A DNA stretch of 64,000 bases from Octopus sinensis (Eukaryota), in the NCBI RefSeq assembly GCF_006345805.1, contig NC_042997.1:54560001-54624000 (forward strand), given 5' to 3'. A model generated the notes under the pieces. It saw only the letters and a list, made by a program, of their open reading frames with translations, did no database searches and had not been told where the DNA came from. Numbering within the stretch: the stretch's first letter is position 1; each line of letters opens with the position of its first letter. The translations under genes and the position numbers were made by a program. Positions 25,071-39,010 of the stretch are shown here, piece after piece.

Positions 25071-25663
25071 CAGGGTGTCCTAAAAGTCTCCAGTTTGTTG
25101 ATGTAAACCCTCTCTTTCAGGTATCTATGATTGAGACCTTTTTGCACCTGACCATTCAAAGTAGGCTTCACACATGATTCCAGCAAAATGGGGCAACTGC
25201 TCATACCACAAGAGAAACAATGCAGTTGCTATGGCAGTGTTTTGGAGAGAGAATAATCTCCTGCTATGGAAATGCCAACTGGTCTTCACGTTCCCCAGAC
25301 TTGACTAACCCAGATTTTTTCTTATGGGGATACCTGAAAGAGAGAGTTTATGTCAACAAACTGGAGACCCTGGTGCAACCGAAGGAGAACATCATTAGAG
25401 AAATCCGTAAAGTGGGGTCTGAAATTCTTGAAGGTGTTATGGTGCAAGTTTTGGAAAGAGCACAGGCGTGCGAAGCCAAAACATGGCTGCCATTTAAGCA
25501 ATGTCATTTTTTCCTATGTATTGTAGTGGTGTTGCAAAATTTGACTTGTGCGTATTAATTACTATTATGTCCTTTATATTGTATCAAAATTTCATGCATT
25601 TATTTCTGATGTTAAGGAAGTTATTAAAAATTGAAACCCATCAGTGACTCTTGGGACACCTTG
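25071..25663 (+). mobile_element. Internally deleted Tc1/mariner-superfamily element (maT/rosa-like transposase C-terminus)
   Basis: TIRs cagggtgtcctaaaagtc and gactcttgggacaccttg with TA on both sides. Translation FQQNGATAHT...WSSRSPDLTNPDFFLWGYLKERVY. Confidence 0.85.
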
Positions 25664-25807
25664 TATATATGAAAATTTCAATGAAATAAGTTGTTTTCTC
25701 ATAATGCTCCCCATTCAATTTGGAAGTAAATTTATTGTCATTTAAATCACAAGATTGATATTCTGCTTGAGATGATGACTCTCAGAGTATTAAATTAGAA
25801 CTATGAT

Positions 25808-26600
25808 GTTCACCAAATAAAGATCATTTAGAATCAAAGCCAACAATTATTGGAGTATTTTATAATCCAGTCATGGGCAAATTGCGGCCTACTGGACTTC
25901 CTGAAAGGTATGCTTAATGAAAATAAATTTTTGTAGTGATTCTTAATTATGAGCCATGTTTCATGCATTCTGCTTCTTGAAAAAGGGTGCCTATGCCTGT
26001 TATAATTTGTAGTAATAAAGAGGTCTTTGCTGATTATGTATTATTGGATGAAAATCTTAAATAAATTTTTGCTTTTCCACTGTATGGTTGTAAGCTCCTA
26101 GCAAACTAAATCTGTATTATAAATTTGATTCTAGGCTGTGTATTTTTCTGTAGTCAATTGTATTCAATTGTGTAGATGCGAATGGCTTCTACCAGGTTGT
26201 CTTGCTTGGCACATCACATGAAGAGAACACTTATTCATTTTTCAACAATCCTATTTTGAGTCATAGATCTAATTTTTATTTGTAAATGTAATCTAGTATC
26301 CTGCTCATTTTAACACTGCCATATCACCATCTGTCACTTGAGTGGCTATAGCAGAATTCAATCTATTAAAATTATTTGCGCCAAATTTGGGTTTGAAGCT
26401 AACACTCTATCTTGATACATTGCTTCCTGTGACACCTTTCTTTGCATAATGCTACTGTTTGTTAGAAAATACAAAAGAAGTGATTTTTCATTAAAGGCCA
26501 GGCACTAAATATTGAGTGATTATAGCCCCATGAATAATGTTGTAGAAGCTTGATCTTGTTTCTTGGTAGGCCAGCCTGTAGCCACTAAGCCCAAGCGAAC
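25808..26600 (-). mobile_element. Possible highly degenerate hAT-type element
   Basis: Terminus-like cagtcatgggcaaattgcggcc at about 25809 and only weak transposase-like traces (TDG..AV; F...CMK) on -. Confidence 0.3.
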
Positions 26601-27079
26601 ATACTAACAGTGTAACCTACTAACATCACTGTTAGTAGGTTACATGGTTTCATGATACATGGTTTCTTCTCTTTAAAGCTCTGCAAAAGTCATAGATGCC
26701 TTCCTTTTTTAACTGAACCATTAAAAAATGGTCATTAAATTTTATGGACTGTTTACAATTCAGTGTATTCTTTACTGATTAAAAAAAACCCAAACAAGCA
26801 AACAAACAAACAAAAACCAACCATTCTCATTTCATACTGCATCCAGAACTGTGTCTTTTTGAAATGAATTGGTTCAAAGATTTTCTGGATTTGATCAAAG
26901 AAGAAGTGTAAGACAGAATATATGTAGGTTTCTTTTGAAGCAATTGAATTCAAATTGTTGAAGAATTAAGAAAAACTGTTATTGAGTATGCAGTAGGTTA
27001 GTACATAATGTACAATTTGATCATATGCAATCAAGTTCAAACCTTAATTACTTGACATTATGATATATTTTATTGATTT

Positions 27080-27275
27080 TCATAAAAAAAGCACCCACAA
27101 CACTCACAGAGTGGTTGGCATTAAGAAGGGCATCCAGCTGTAGAAACACTGCCAGATCAGACTGGAGCCTGGTGCAGCCTCCTGACTTCCCAGACCCCGG
27201 TCGAACCGTCCAACCCATGCTAGCATAGAAATCGAACTTTAAATGATGATAATGATGATGATGATGATGATGATG
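27080..27275 (+). mobile_element. RTE 3'-tail fragment
   Basis: aagcacccacaacactc...gtccaacccatgctagcat...(tga)n. Confidence 0.85.
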
Positions 27276-27969
27276 ACATTTATGCATATATTAACATAAT
27301 TTTTAATCCAAACTCAAGATAGTGTTATTTTCATTACTTGTAGCAGAACTAGAAATGATTTTCATGAAATTCCTATGATTACATTTGATCTTATACTAAT
27401 ATATTTCTTTAAATATGACCAAAATATTAATAAATTTTGGGATTTAATAAACAGTCTATGTACTTATTTTAAAAGTTGGTGGTTAAACAACATCTTTTTC
27501 TTACTCCTTGTTCTAGCAGCTGAAACTGAATCTTCCTTCAATAGAACTAAGTTATAGACTTTCTTTAAAAGAATTCAAGAAATTAATTATTGTATTTGAC
27601 ACCTTAGGGTGTATAGTAAATCACTACTTAGCAATACCGCTACTAATTCCCTTTTAAATTAACATATTTTTCATTGGTATCAACATTAGCTTCATTTAAT
27701 TGATTAATTATCAGATTATTACAGTGGTGCATTAATCTGTCATAGATAATTTTTTAACAGCTTTATTGACTAATCAGTTAATGTTATTGACTATATCCAG
27801 AGCTGTACATTATACTTGCTTTTTTTGTTGAAAGTACATTAGACAAATGATTATTCAGATATGCTTCTATGCCTAACAATAGTGTTGTGACACAGTTTTT
27901 CTAGTGCATTTATATAGAAATTTCTAAGCTAAGTGTTAAGATTTTCATTGTCTATTTATTTATTTTAGT

Positions 27970-28500
27970 ATCATCATCATCACCCGTCGCCATCATCATT
28001 AGCATCATCATTTTATACCAGTTTTTCCTTACTTCCTGAGTACATCTTGCCTCTCAATGCAATGCTTTGTTATTTTCTTTATGAGGTTCAGCCTTCTGAG
28101 ATTAGCTTTCACCACTTTTCATGTCTTTCTTGATCTTCCACTTGCACAGGTTAATTCAACTTGGATTGCTTGGCACTCCTTTACTTTGTTGTCTTCTATG
28201 AACTCATGTACCTGTATGAGCTCAGTCTTCTGTCTTACACATTATATTTAATTCTTCCTCATATTTTCAGCTTTTCTTTCAGCTCAGTTGTGCATGAGTG
28301 TTGATGCACATTAACATTATACATACAGTGAAGTATGTTTGAATCATTTCCTTTTAGCTGTCACACATCTTCTGCATTTAATGACCATATTTTGTAACCA
28401 TACAACATTGCACTCTTTACACCAACATCATATAATTTACCACACACTCAGAAACCATTTTTGTGACCATCAGAGGTAAAAGCTTCTAAAATGTTTCTAC
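27970..28500 (-). mobile_element. Degenerate RTE ORF2 C-terminal remnant
   Basis: On - it reads approximately TCASGRSRKT*KVVKANL, compared with GTCGRGRPRKTWDEVVKHDL at 60717-60790. A (cat)n tail lies at 27970. Confidence 0.55.
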
Positions 28501-29040
28501 TCTGTTCTTACTCTGGCTGCTATGGTTTCGGTTCACCCTCCTCCACTGCTAAATCATCTAGTTAGCAAAAGTCATTAACTACTTCTGGAGAGACTTTCAG
28601 TAATTTGAAACACTATATTTCATGGATGGTTTGTGTTAGGAAGGGCTTCCAGCTGCAGAAAACAAACCAAAACAGACTATGGAACCAGGTGTGGCCTCTG
28701 GTGTGGCCAATTCCTGTCAAGCCATTCAACCCATACCAGCATGGAAAATGGACGTTAAATGTTAATGATAATGATTTTCAAGAAAATCTTTGTTAGGATT
28801 AGAATTTAACGCATCATGTTATCAGTAAGCAGAAACATGACTGATGATGCACCAAGGTCCAAAGTCATTACACTTGACCAAATGACTGGCCTGTATTCAT
28901 GTAACTTTATATGTATTTTATGTTACTATATATATTTTTCTTTATTAATTCATTCATACCGGTCTTCATTTATTCATTTTTTTGCTTTTGTTACTTTCTA
29001 TCTGTTATTACTATTTATTTATATTACTTTGCATGACCAT

Positions 29041-29215
29041 AATTATGTATCTTGTTTTTATTAGAATGGCAACAAGAAGATATGAAAGTAAGATATCCAT
29101 CCACCTCAAACTTTGAAAAATGAACACAGTATTTACTTCTCAAAGTTTGCAGCAACTGGATATCTTAGTTTCATGTCTTTTTGTTGCCATTCTAATAAAA
29201 ACAAGGTACATATTT
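29041..29215. repeat. Long fold-back hairpin / MITE-like element
   Basis: Arms 29051-29099 and 29157-29205 pair at 46 of 49 positions; inner arms caaactttga and tcaaagtttg. Confidence 0.85.
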
Positions 29216-30364
29216 ATACTTATGCAAAGTAATAAAATAATTTATTTTTGATAAGGTAAACTGATGGGCTGGGCTGCAATAGATTGTAATTTGATATATT
29301 TCTAAAGAAGTACTGGTTTCACACAAATAGCACCCATGCTGGTGGCACATAAAAGCACCCATTACACTCTTGGAGTGGCTGGTGTTAGGAAGGGCATCCA
29401 GCTGTAGAAATCATGCCAAATCAAACTTGAAGTCTGGTACAGCCTTCCACTTTGCCAGCCCTGGTCAAACTGTCCAACCCATGCCAGCATGGACAACAGA
29501 TGTTTGATGATGATGATGATATATACATACATACATATATATGTAAATATTTTCTTTCCTATACCATTCCCCTTCTTGTCATGTTTCTTTACCTGTCTAA
29601 CTGTTGCCATTTACCAATAAATTTGTTTTATGAATTTTAGACTATTTTATTAGATTCTATCACCAGCAGTTCTTAAATTCTTTTCACTGTAATTTTTACA
29701 ACAAATGTAAATTACTTCCAAAATCTACAAGCCTGAACAGTGCTCTCAACCAATTATGACAATAATGAGTGACACAGTGAACTCATTTGATGCTCAAGTG
29801 TCACTCATAACCATTGCTTGACTCAGAAAGCTATTTAAGATCTTTCTGAAAGTCCCCAAAGCAGTACATCTACTAACAGCTTACATCCAAAATTCTTCTG
29901 TTGACAGGGCCTTGGATTCTTCTAATGGCCCTAGTGATGAAGTGCCTCACTTTGATTTTGCTCTGCTTTCCTTTAGGTTGCCCATCAGTTGTGTTGATGG
30001 AGAAAACATGTCACTAACAATATAAACACCAGTGTGTTGAGTTTTTTCCCAGCTACTGATTCTAAAGATTCTAATATTTTTTATTCAAGTGTGTGCCCAT
30101 TGTCCTCTACCACCAATGTTGATTAAGAGCTTGCTTTGGTGGATGTATTTCGTATTAGTCAGAGCAGTATCCTCATCTTTTGTTGCATTCACAATGTTTC
30201 GGCTGTGTAATGCTCCAGCCTTCTTCATGTGTCTTGTGGTTCACTTTTGTGCCTTGCTTGAGATTGACTTCAGGACCTCTGAGGTGTCACACAATGGGAT
30301 TGAGCCTCTCGCCATATGGTTAGGTAACACACTCCTCAATTACACAGCCACAACTATTCCTATA

Positions 30365-31628
30365 CATAAATAATGTGGGTTTTTTTCAATTGTATAAACT
30401 AAAAGTCAGAGTGGGGTGGGATAAGCTACCTGTATCAACCTGCTACAAAAGTAGCTAGTAATTTTACCTTGTACCTATTTTTAGAGCAAGTTTTGAAGAG
30501 TGCAGTTTGATTTTAACAAGTTGTTTTTTAAAAGCTACAATGGAAGTGACAAAGGAGCATATTTTGCATATTTTGCTTTATGAGTTCAATAAAGGCAACA
30601 GCGCAACAGAAAGTGCAAGGAATATTAATGCTGTACATAGGGATCAGACGACAAGCATAAGCCAATGTCAACAACTGTTCCAGAAATTCCAAGCTGGAAA
30701 CTACAGTCCAGAAGATGAGCCTCATCCTGGAAGATCTGTAGAGCTCGACAAGGGCATCCTGCAAGCCCTGGTGGAACAAAACTTCATCGTAACTGTTGAG
30801 GAACTAGCAGAGAAGTTTGGATTTGGTAATTCAACCATTTATTGATACCTGCATACCATCAGAAAAGTCAGAAAGTTGGGTTAATGGGTTCCTCACAAAC
30901 TTTCTGAGTCTAATCATGTGCAGAGAGTGAATGTATGCTCTTCTTTGCTGTGATGTCTAATGAATGAACCCTTTGTGGATTGAATTGTGACTGGTGACAA
31001 GAAATGGGTTCTCTATAAAAATGTCAAGCACTGAAGACAGTGGGTAGGGAAAGGAGAAACACCAGGGACCCAGGTTAAAGGTCTTCACCGATGTAAGGTG
31101 TTGTTATCTGTTTGGTGGGATATGAAAGGTTTAGTCCACTTTGAACTTTTAAACCTAAACCAAACGATAACAAAGGAGATCTGCTGTGAGCAGCTTGAGC
31201 ATCTTAAGTCAGCGCTAGAAGGAAAACGACCATCTTTGGTTTCAAGATGAAAGGTGTTCTTCCATCATTGGGTACATACAGCAAGGATGACATTCCAAAA
31301 GCCAGAGGAGTTTGAATGGGAAACAATGCCTTCCCTACCATATTTGCCAGACATCGCCCCATCTGATTATCATTTATTCTGCAGTCTTCAAAATCATTTT
31401 GACGGAAAGAACATGAATTCTGTAGATGAGGCCAGAACAGTATTGGAGGAGTATTTTCCTACACAGATGAGTGAATTTTGGAAGAGGGGCCCTGTAAGTC
31501 TACCAGATAGATGGAAGAGCATTGTAGAAAATGAAGGGGAGTATATTTTAGATTAAAAAAGAACTTTATCTAAATTTTGAAAAATAAAAGAAGTATAAAA
31601 AAACGCATTATTTATGGGATGACCCAAT
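30365..31628 (+). mobile_element. Near full-length mariner element with a degenerate DD34D transposase (about 30540-31556)
   Basis: Contains an HTH region, WVPHKL, IVTGDKKWV and PDIAPSDYHLF. The right TIR is cgcattatttatgggatgacccaata|TA and the left TIR is partial (cataaataatg). Multiple stops and frameshifts. Confidence 0.92.
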
Positions 31629-31804
31629 ATATATATTGCTCTGTACTCACTTAACACTTTGTTCAGAAGCATATGTATATTGTGTTCTACACCAGGTCTC
31701 ATGGTGCCTAAGCAATATATAGATGTGAGTGTGTAGATAAATGAAAGAACAAGGCCCACAACACTTAAGGTAGGAGTCACTTGGAGCCAAATCAAACTAT
31801 TTTA

Positions 31805-33135
<1,331 letters not shown>

Positions 33136-33435
33136 TCCTACTAATCATGCCTTCAAAAATTTACCACATACACATGCTTACACACACATACATAAAAACA
33201 CTTATAAGCACACACATATAGATTCAAAATAAAAATCTCAGATAACCACTCCTCTCTAAACATCCTCTTTCCAAAATCCAAGAAAACAAATTCAACTCCA
33301 GATTTTATTTCAACTGACTCACATATATATAAAAGATATAAATTTTTTGCTAAAAAAACATTCATGATAAATCCTGAAAGGGCCGAAAGAATTAAATAAA
33401 TAGTTTTTATCCAAATCCTGACTACCTTCTTTTTC

Positions 33436-33482
<47 letters not shown>

Positions 33483-35223
33483 AGAACTGCACCAGGCTAT
33501 GATTGTCTGTTTTGGCATGGTTTCTATGGCTGGATGCCCTTTGTAACACCAGTCACTTTACAGAGTGTACTGGGTGCTTCTTGTGTCAGTAAGGGTACTT
33601 TTTATGTGACAAATACTTTTAATGTGACAACAACATCTATGAGCATGGATCAAAACCGTCTGATTCAAAATATAAAATATTTTACAAGTGAAAGGCCTGC
33701 TCGCTTAGCCAGCGGGGTGGCGTCATTTGAAGGCTAAAACAATGCGAAGCGCATTGTGACCAGCGATGTGTAACAACATCCGATGGCCTGGTCGGTCACG
33801 GTCACGGTGATATATATATATATATATATCAGCATCATCTAATGTCCATTTTCTATGCTGACATAAGTTGGACTGTTTGACCAGAGCTGGCAAGCTGGAG
33901 AACTGCACTAGGCTATGATTGTCTGTTTTGGCATGGTTTCTATGGCTGGATGCCCTTTGTAACACCAGTCACTTTACAGAGTGTATTGGGTGCTTTGTAT
34001 GTGCCACCAGCACCAGTACTTTTTATGTGACATTAGTATGGGTGCTTCTTGTGTACCAGTAAGGGTACTTTTTATGTGACAAATACTTTTAATGTGACAA
34101 CAATATCTATGAGCATAGATCAAAACCGTCTGATTCAAATTCATTGATACTCTTCAGTACTCTTTTATATAAAATAAAAGAAGGAAAATGCTCACAGTTT
34201 ACATAATTTTAATATAATTTTTAATATATTTTACAAGTGAAAGAGTATTGGGTTTGTCAACTGGTTTTGCTTTTGATAATCATGACATTGAAATTATAGA
34301 AGATTTTAGTCCATGTTGTGTGTGGAGAAGGGGTTGGACAAAATAATGGAAACACCTTAAAATTTCAAACAAATTAATTTTAATATGGGGCAGGACTGCC
34401 TTTGGCAGTAATTACAGCTTGAATTCTACGAGGTATGGACTTGTACAAAGTTTTAATTGTTTCCAAAGTGATTTTTGTCTATTCTTCAGTTAAAACAGTC
34501 TCCAGTTCTTGTAGTGATGATGGTGGAGGATATCAATTCCTTACTTGTTTTTCTAAAATGCACCATAAATATTCAATAATATTGAGATCTGGGAGTTGTG
34601 GTGGCCAGATAAAATGTTCAACTTCACTATAATGTTCCTTGTGCCATTCAGTAACCACTTTATCTGTGTAAATTATCATCCTGAAAGATTGTGTCTCCCT
34701 CTGGAAACAGTTCCGCAACCATAGGATGAATTTGATCATATAAAATGCTTAAATAGTCTTGACTAATAATTCTGCTATAAAGGGAAACCATTGGGCCAGA
34801 GTATTTCCAAGATATAGTCACCCAGATCACCACAGATCCACCAACATTTGGAGGAAGGCAGTTTGAGTCAAATGCTTCTTTTGGCTGTCTCCACACATAT
34901 ACTCAGCTGATGGTTGAAAATAAAGTAAAGGATGACTCATCCAAGAAAATAACATTTACCCACTGCTCTAGGGACCAATTCGGTAGGTTTTTACTCCACT
35001 CTAAATGCTTTGTAACATTTGTTTTTGAAAGTAGTGGTTTTCTGATTGCAGCCCTCCTGTGAAATCTGGCTTTGTGCAGCATCTGGCAAACAGTTTTTGT
35101 GGAAACTGGGTTCTCGAGGTAGTCATTAAACTCTGCAGTAATTTTAGGGGCTGTACTTTTGTGATCCTTTCTAACAATTTGTGTAAGAGTTTTGGTTTTC
35201 TTCCAGAGTTTTGTTTAAAAAAA

Positions 35224-35269
35224 ATATAATAATGAAATTATTGTATACAGTGCTCAGGTGCACCACAAC
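35224..35269 (-). mobile_element. Isolated CR1 3'-terminal stem-loop plus (TTA) tail
   Basis: ataataatgaaattattgtatacagtgctcaggtgcaccacaac matches the CR1 end at about 8491-8534. Confidence 0.9.
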
Positions 35270-35288
35270 AATCAGACCAGCCACCGGA

Positions 35289-35331
35289 TGCCGAAACCTG
35301 GGAATGAACCAGGGACCTTTAGATCTTCAGT
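35289..35331 (-). pseudogene. tRNA-Phe(GAA) 3'-half retrocopy (positions about 31-73), not a functional tRNA gene
   Basis: ACTGAAGATCTAAAGGTCCCTGGTTCATTCCCAGGTTTCGGCA matches the canonical metazoan tRNA-Phe at 40 of 43 nt. The D-arm and 5' acceptor strand are missing and there is no CCA. Confidence 0.9.
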
Positions 35332-35707
35332 TTTGATGAGGAGGTTTTTCCCTCTTTCTCAAAGGCTGTCATTACTTTCGAGACAGTACTTCTTGATACA
35401 CCAAACATTTTGGCTGTTTTTGTTACGCTAGTGCCTGCTATACAAGCACCAACAATTTGACCTTTTGAAAGTCCGATAGATCTATCATTTTAATGAATTT
35501 TAATTACCTTTTTCTGATGATATCTGAAAAGAAACAGCAATTTTAGCCAAACTTATTAAACATCACTAATAATAAATAAATAAAAACATAAAAAGAAACA
35601 AGCTTTTGAGGGTTTTATAGATATTTCAAAATTATGATGCTATGATGCTAGGTGTTTACATTATTTAGTTCAAACCCTGTATATGTGTGGTAGTGGTGGT
35701 GGTGGTG

Positions 35708-35739
<32 letters not shown>

Positions 35740-36359
35740 ATGTATAGCTATGTGTGTATGTATGTATAGCCATGTGTGTATGTCTTTGTGTCTGTGTCAT
35801 TTCTTGACAACTGATGTTGTTGAGTTTATGTCTCCATAACTTAACATTTCGGCAAAAGAGACTGACAGAATAAGTTCTAGGCTTAAAAAGATAAGTACTG
35901 GGGGTTGATTCATTTGACTAAAAATTGTTCAAAGTAGTGCTGCCACATGACTGCATTCTAATGACTTAAACAAGTAAAAGATAAAAGATACACACATACA
36001 TGTGTGTGTGTGCATATATATGTGTATTATGCATGTGAACCTTGGCCATAAATGTGTTCTACTTTTTTGTGTATAAGCTTAAGTGGCTTAGCTACAGGAG
36101 ATAGGGTCAGACAATTGTACTGTTGAAATATATTGAAGTAGCAACACTTGTCCATGCCTATCCTCTTATCTCCAACTTATCAATACTGTGATGCTACTCA
36201 TTGCATACCTCAGTATTTTGCAATACCAACAAATTTACTGATCTACTGTGAGACCACTGTTGTTTATGTATGGTCTCTGTTCACAAAACAAAGCTAAATA
36301 TATCTTCATTAAACATATACATGTAAATCTATTTATAAACATATTTATATACACTTTTT

Positions 36360-36758
36360 TCTCTTTTACTCTTTTACTTGTTTCAGTCATTTGACTGTGG
36401 TCATGCTGGAGCACCCCCTTTAGTCGAGCAAATCGGCTCCAGGACTTATTCTTTGTAAGCCTAGTACTTATTTTATCAGTCTCTTTTGCTGAACTGCTAA
36501 GTTACAGCGACGTAAAGACACCAGCATCGGTTGTCAAGTGATGTAGGGGAACAAACACAGACACTCAAACATATACATACATACATAAATATATATACAT
36601 ATATGTGACAGGCTTCTTTCAGCTTCCATTTACCAAATCCACTCACAAGGCTTTGGTCAACCCGAGGCTATAGTAGAAGACACTTGCCCAAGGTGCAACG
36701 CAGTGGGACTGAACCCGGAACCATGTCATTCATATGCAAGCTACTTACCACACAGCCG
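36360..36758 (-). mobile_element. tRNA-derived SINE, family A
   Basis: Reverse complement of 45622-46005. Confidence 0.85.
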
Positions 36759-38729
36759 AGTTTTTAGGAAAAAAGAAGTGAAATTTGTGACACTCATGCT
36801 CTTCTCAAAAAAGCAAAATAAACAATATCCATGAATGAAACAGCGATTTTGGAGGAGGAGGTAAGGTGATTAAATTGACCCCAGAATCTGATTGATACTT
36901 ATTTTATTAACTCTGGAAGGATGAAAGGCTAAGTCCAGCTTGGCAGCATTTGACCTCAAAACAAAGTTGGAAGAAATGTCACTAAGCATTTTTTCCCAGG
37001 GATTCTTTCAGCTTGCCACCTTTGGTTCTCATTTGATATTAAAAATAGATTATGGACTTAGATTATCAACCGATCACATTACTTGTCCATAATTATCATT
37101 TCCATTCTTTTCCTTGGAATACCTCTAAACAGGATGTTTATTGTATTCCTTTTAGAACCTTTCCTTTGAATAAATTAATTCACACTCTCATTTCACTTAA
37201 CAATTATTGCTCATTGTTAGAAGTTGCAATGATGTAATAACTATCTTCTGAAAAGGCCATGGGTACCAGCCTTCTCCGCCTTTCTGACTAAGTTATGTAA
37301 AGCATAAAGCAAAGAGTTTAAGCTATATTACAAAAAGACATTCACAATTTTATATATTCAGTAACGGAAGAGAAAACGTATGTGTATATTTTCACAGTTC
37401 AATAGTTTCTGTGCTTATTCAGTTTTCTAAATTAAGCTATGACATCAACAAAAGCTGTTTCTGGCACTTTCCCAAATTTCTTGAACATTTTTGTAAATTT
37501 TTCACATAATGAGAATGTTTTCCATTACTAGTATCATCACAAATTTATTCATCAATTACTCAAACCGATGAGTGAGCTGTCATGTAGTTGTTCAACTTAC
37601 TAGAAATAGCTGCTAAATATCCCTGTAATCACATAATAATCATCATCATCATCACCATCATAATTTTTTAATGTCTGCCTTCCATGCTGGATTGGGTTGG
37701 ATGGTTTGACAGGAATTGGCTTGGCAGGAGCTTGCCCCAGACTTCTGTGTCTGTTTTGGCTGAATGCCCTTCCTACTGATATTTTCTAAGCAACACTTCC
37801 TTAGGGTTGAGATTTTGCTAAGGTGTATCAGATTATTAAAGAGAAACCAGTGTCAATGTGCTGTTTCGCTATAAAAATACAAGACACATTTAGGTTACAT
37901 ATTCCTAGATACTGCTGAATAATACCTTGAGATGGTCATGATAGGAATGCTCTTGATCACTTTGATCCACTCAATCAAAATGACTTGAGCTTAATCAACA
38001 ACAGAACTTTCTCAGCTGTTCAAGGTCTTCCAAATTTCTTTTATGGCAAATATTTATTGCTAACTTCTGCATTATTGCTCTTTGCAAGTATATCATGTTT
38101 TATTCCATTTCTTGCTATAGATCAAAATGAAAGTGATGGAAGGAGGTAGAAACATGTATCACAATTATCAACTTTTAATGTATTTGATTATGTTTTTATG
38201 TTTTAGTTATTCTTTAATCTATCAGAGAATTCAGTTGACACTGCTGAAATGTTATGCCATCTTATTAACCATATAGTTAGGGTTGTTCCTCTCTGAAAGA
38301 ATTCTCAAAACCTATTTTCATCATTACCTATAAATTAGGTTTTATTTTTCAAAGTCCATTTTAGGTGACAACATAGCTCTGAGGAATGCTTTACACCTAC
38401 TTAATTTATGGAGAAATTTTAATTTCACACAAGAATGTGATATTCATCTGAAAGATTAGACAGGCTAATAACTAATGGATGAATGGAACCTAATAAGTAA
38501 TCTCAAGCAAAGATAGTCTGTAGTCATTTTAATATTTCACATAATTTAGAAGGTGTAAAGTTACAATCAGTAAATAAACACATGAGTTGTACACATTTGC
38601 AAGAACAACTCTGTTTTTTATGCAGCACTTCCTTCTTCCTTCCTTTATGCATTATAAGCCATTTTCAAGAATACAAAAATTTAGGTTAGTTGTTTTTCAT
38701 TTGTATAGAAATTTCTATAGGTAACTACA

Positions 38730-38940
38730 TTGTGTGGTTGTACATGGCTTGTACTGCTCTCATTAAACATTCTTTAACTCCTATGTTTGTTAGTGACCTC
38801 TCCATTTTAGATCATATTACTCTGCCAAAGGCTTTCTTCAAAGCAGCCAATGCTATGTAGAGGGTATTACTCTTGGCTAGAAACTTCTCTTGCAGTTGTC
38901 TCACTGCATAGACAGCATAGGTTGTAGTACAAATCTAAAC
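38730..38940 (-). mobile_element. Degenerate RTE reverse transcriptase fragment
   Basis: TTYAVYAVRQLQEKFLAKSNTLYIAL..LKKAFGRV matches STTDAIFLVRQLQEKYLAKDKPLYLAIVDMDKAFDRV at 61830-61940. Confidence 0.75.
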
Positions 38941-38977
38941 TATATCTCTAAATGGATTCTCTCTTTAACCAATTGTA

Positions 38978-39010
<33 letters not shown>

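Larger units (their letters stand above)
34328..35679 (-). mobile_element. Tc1-family element (degenerate DD34E transposase) with a ~120 bp internal insertion
   Basis: TIRs agggttggacaaaataatggaaacacct and aggtgtttacattatttagttcaaaccctg|TA. Translation WPPQLPDLNIIEYLWCILEKQVR; GGSVVIW. Confidence 0.85.

Noticed and set aside
35289-35331. Functional tRNA-Phe gene
   Set aside because: The 5' half and A box are missing and the T-loop is mutated; it is treated as a retrocopy.
37190-37290. Ephrin-like YYIIATSN peptide on -
   Set aside because: It is only a short motif bounded by stops, with no supporting splice context.
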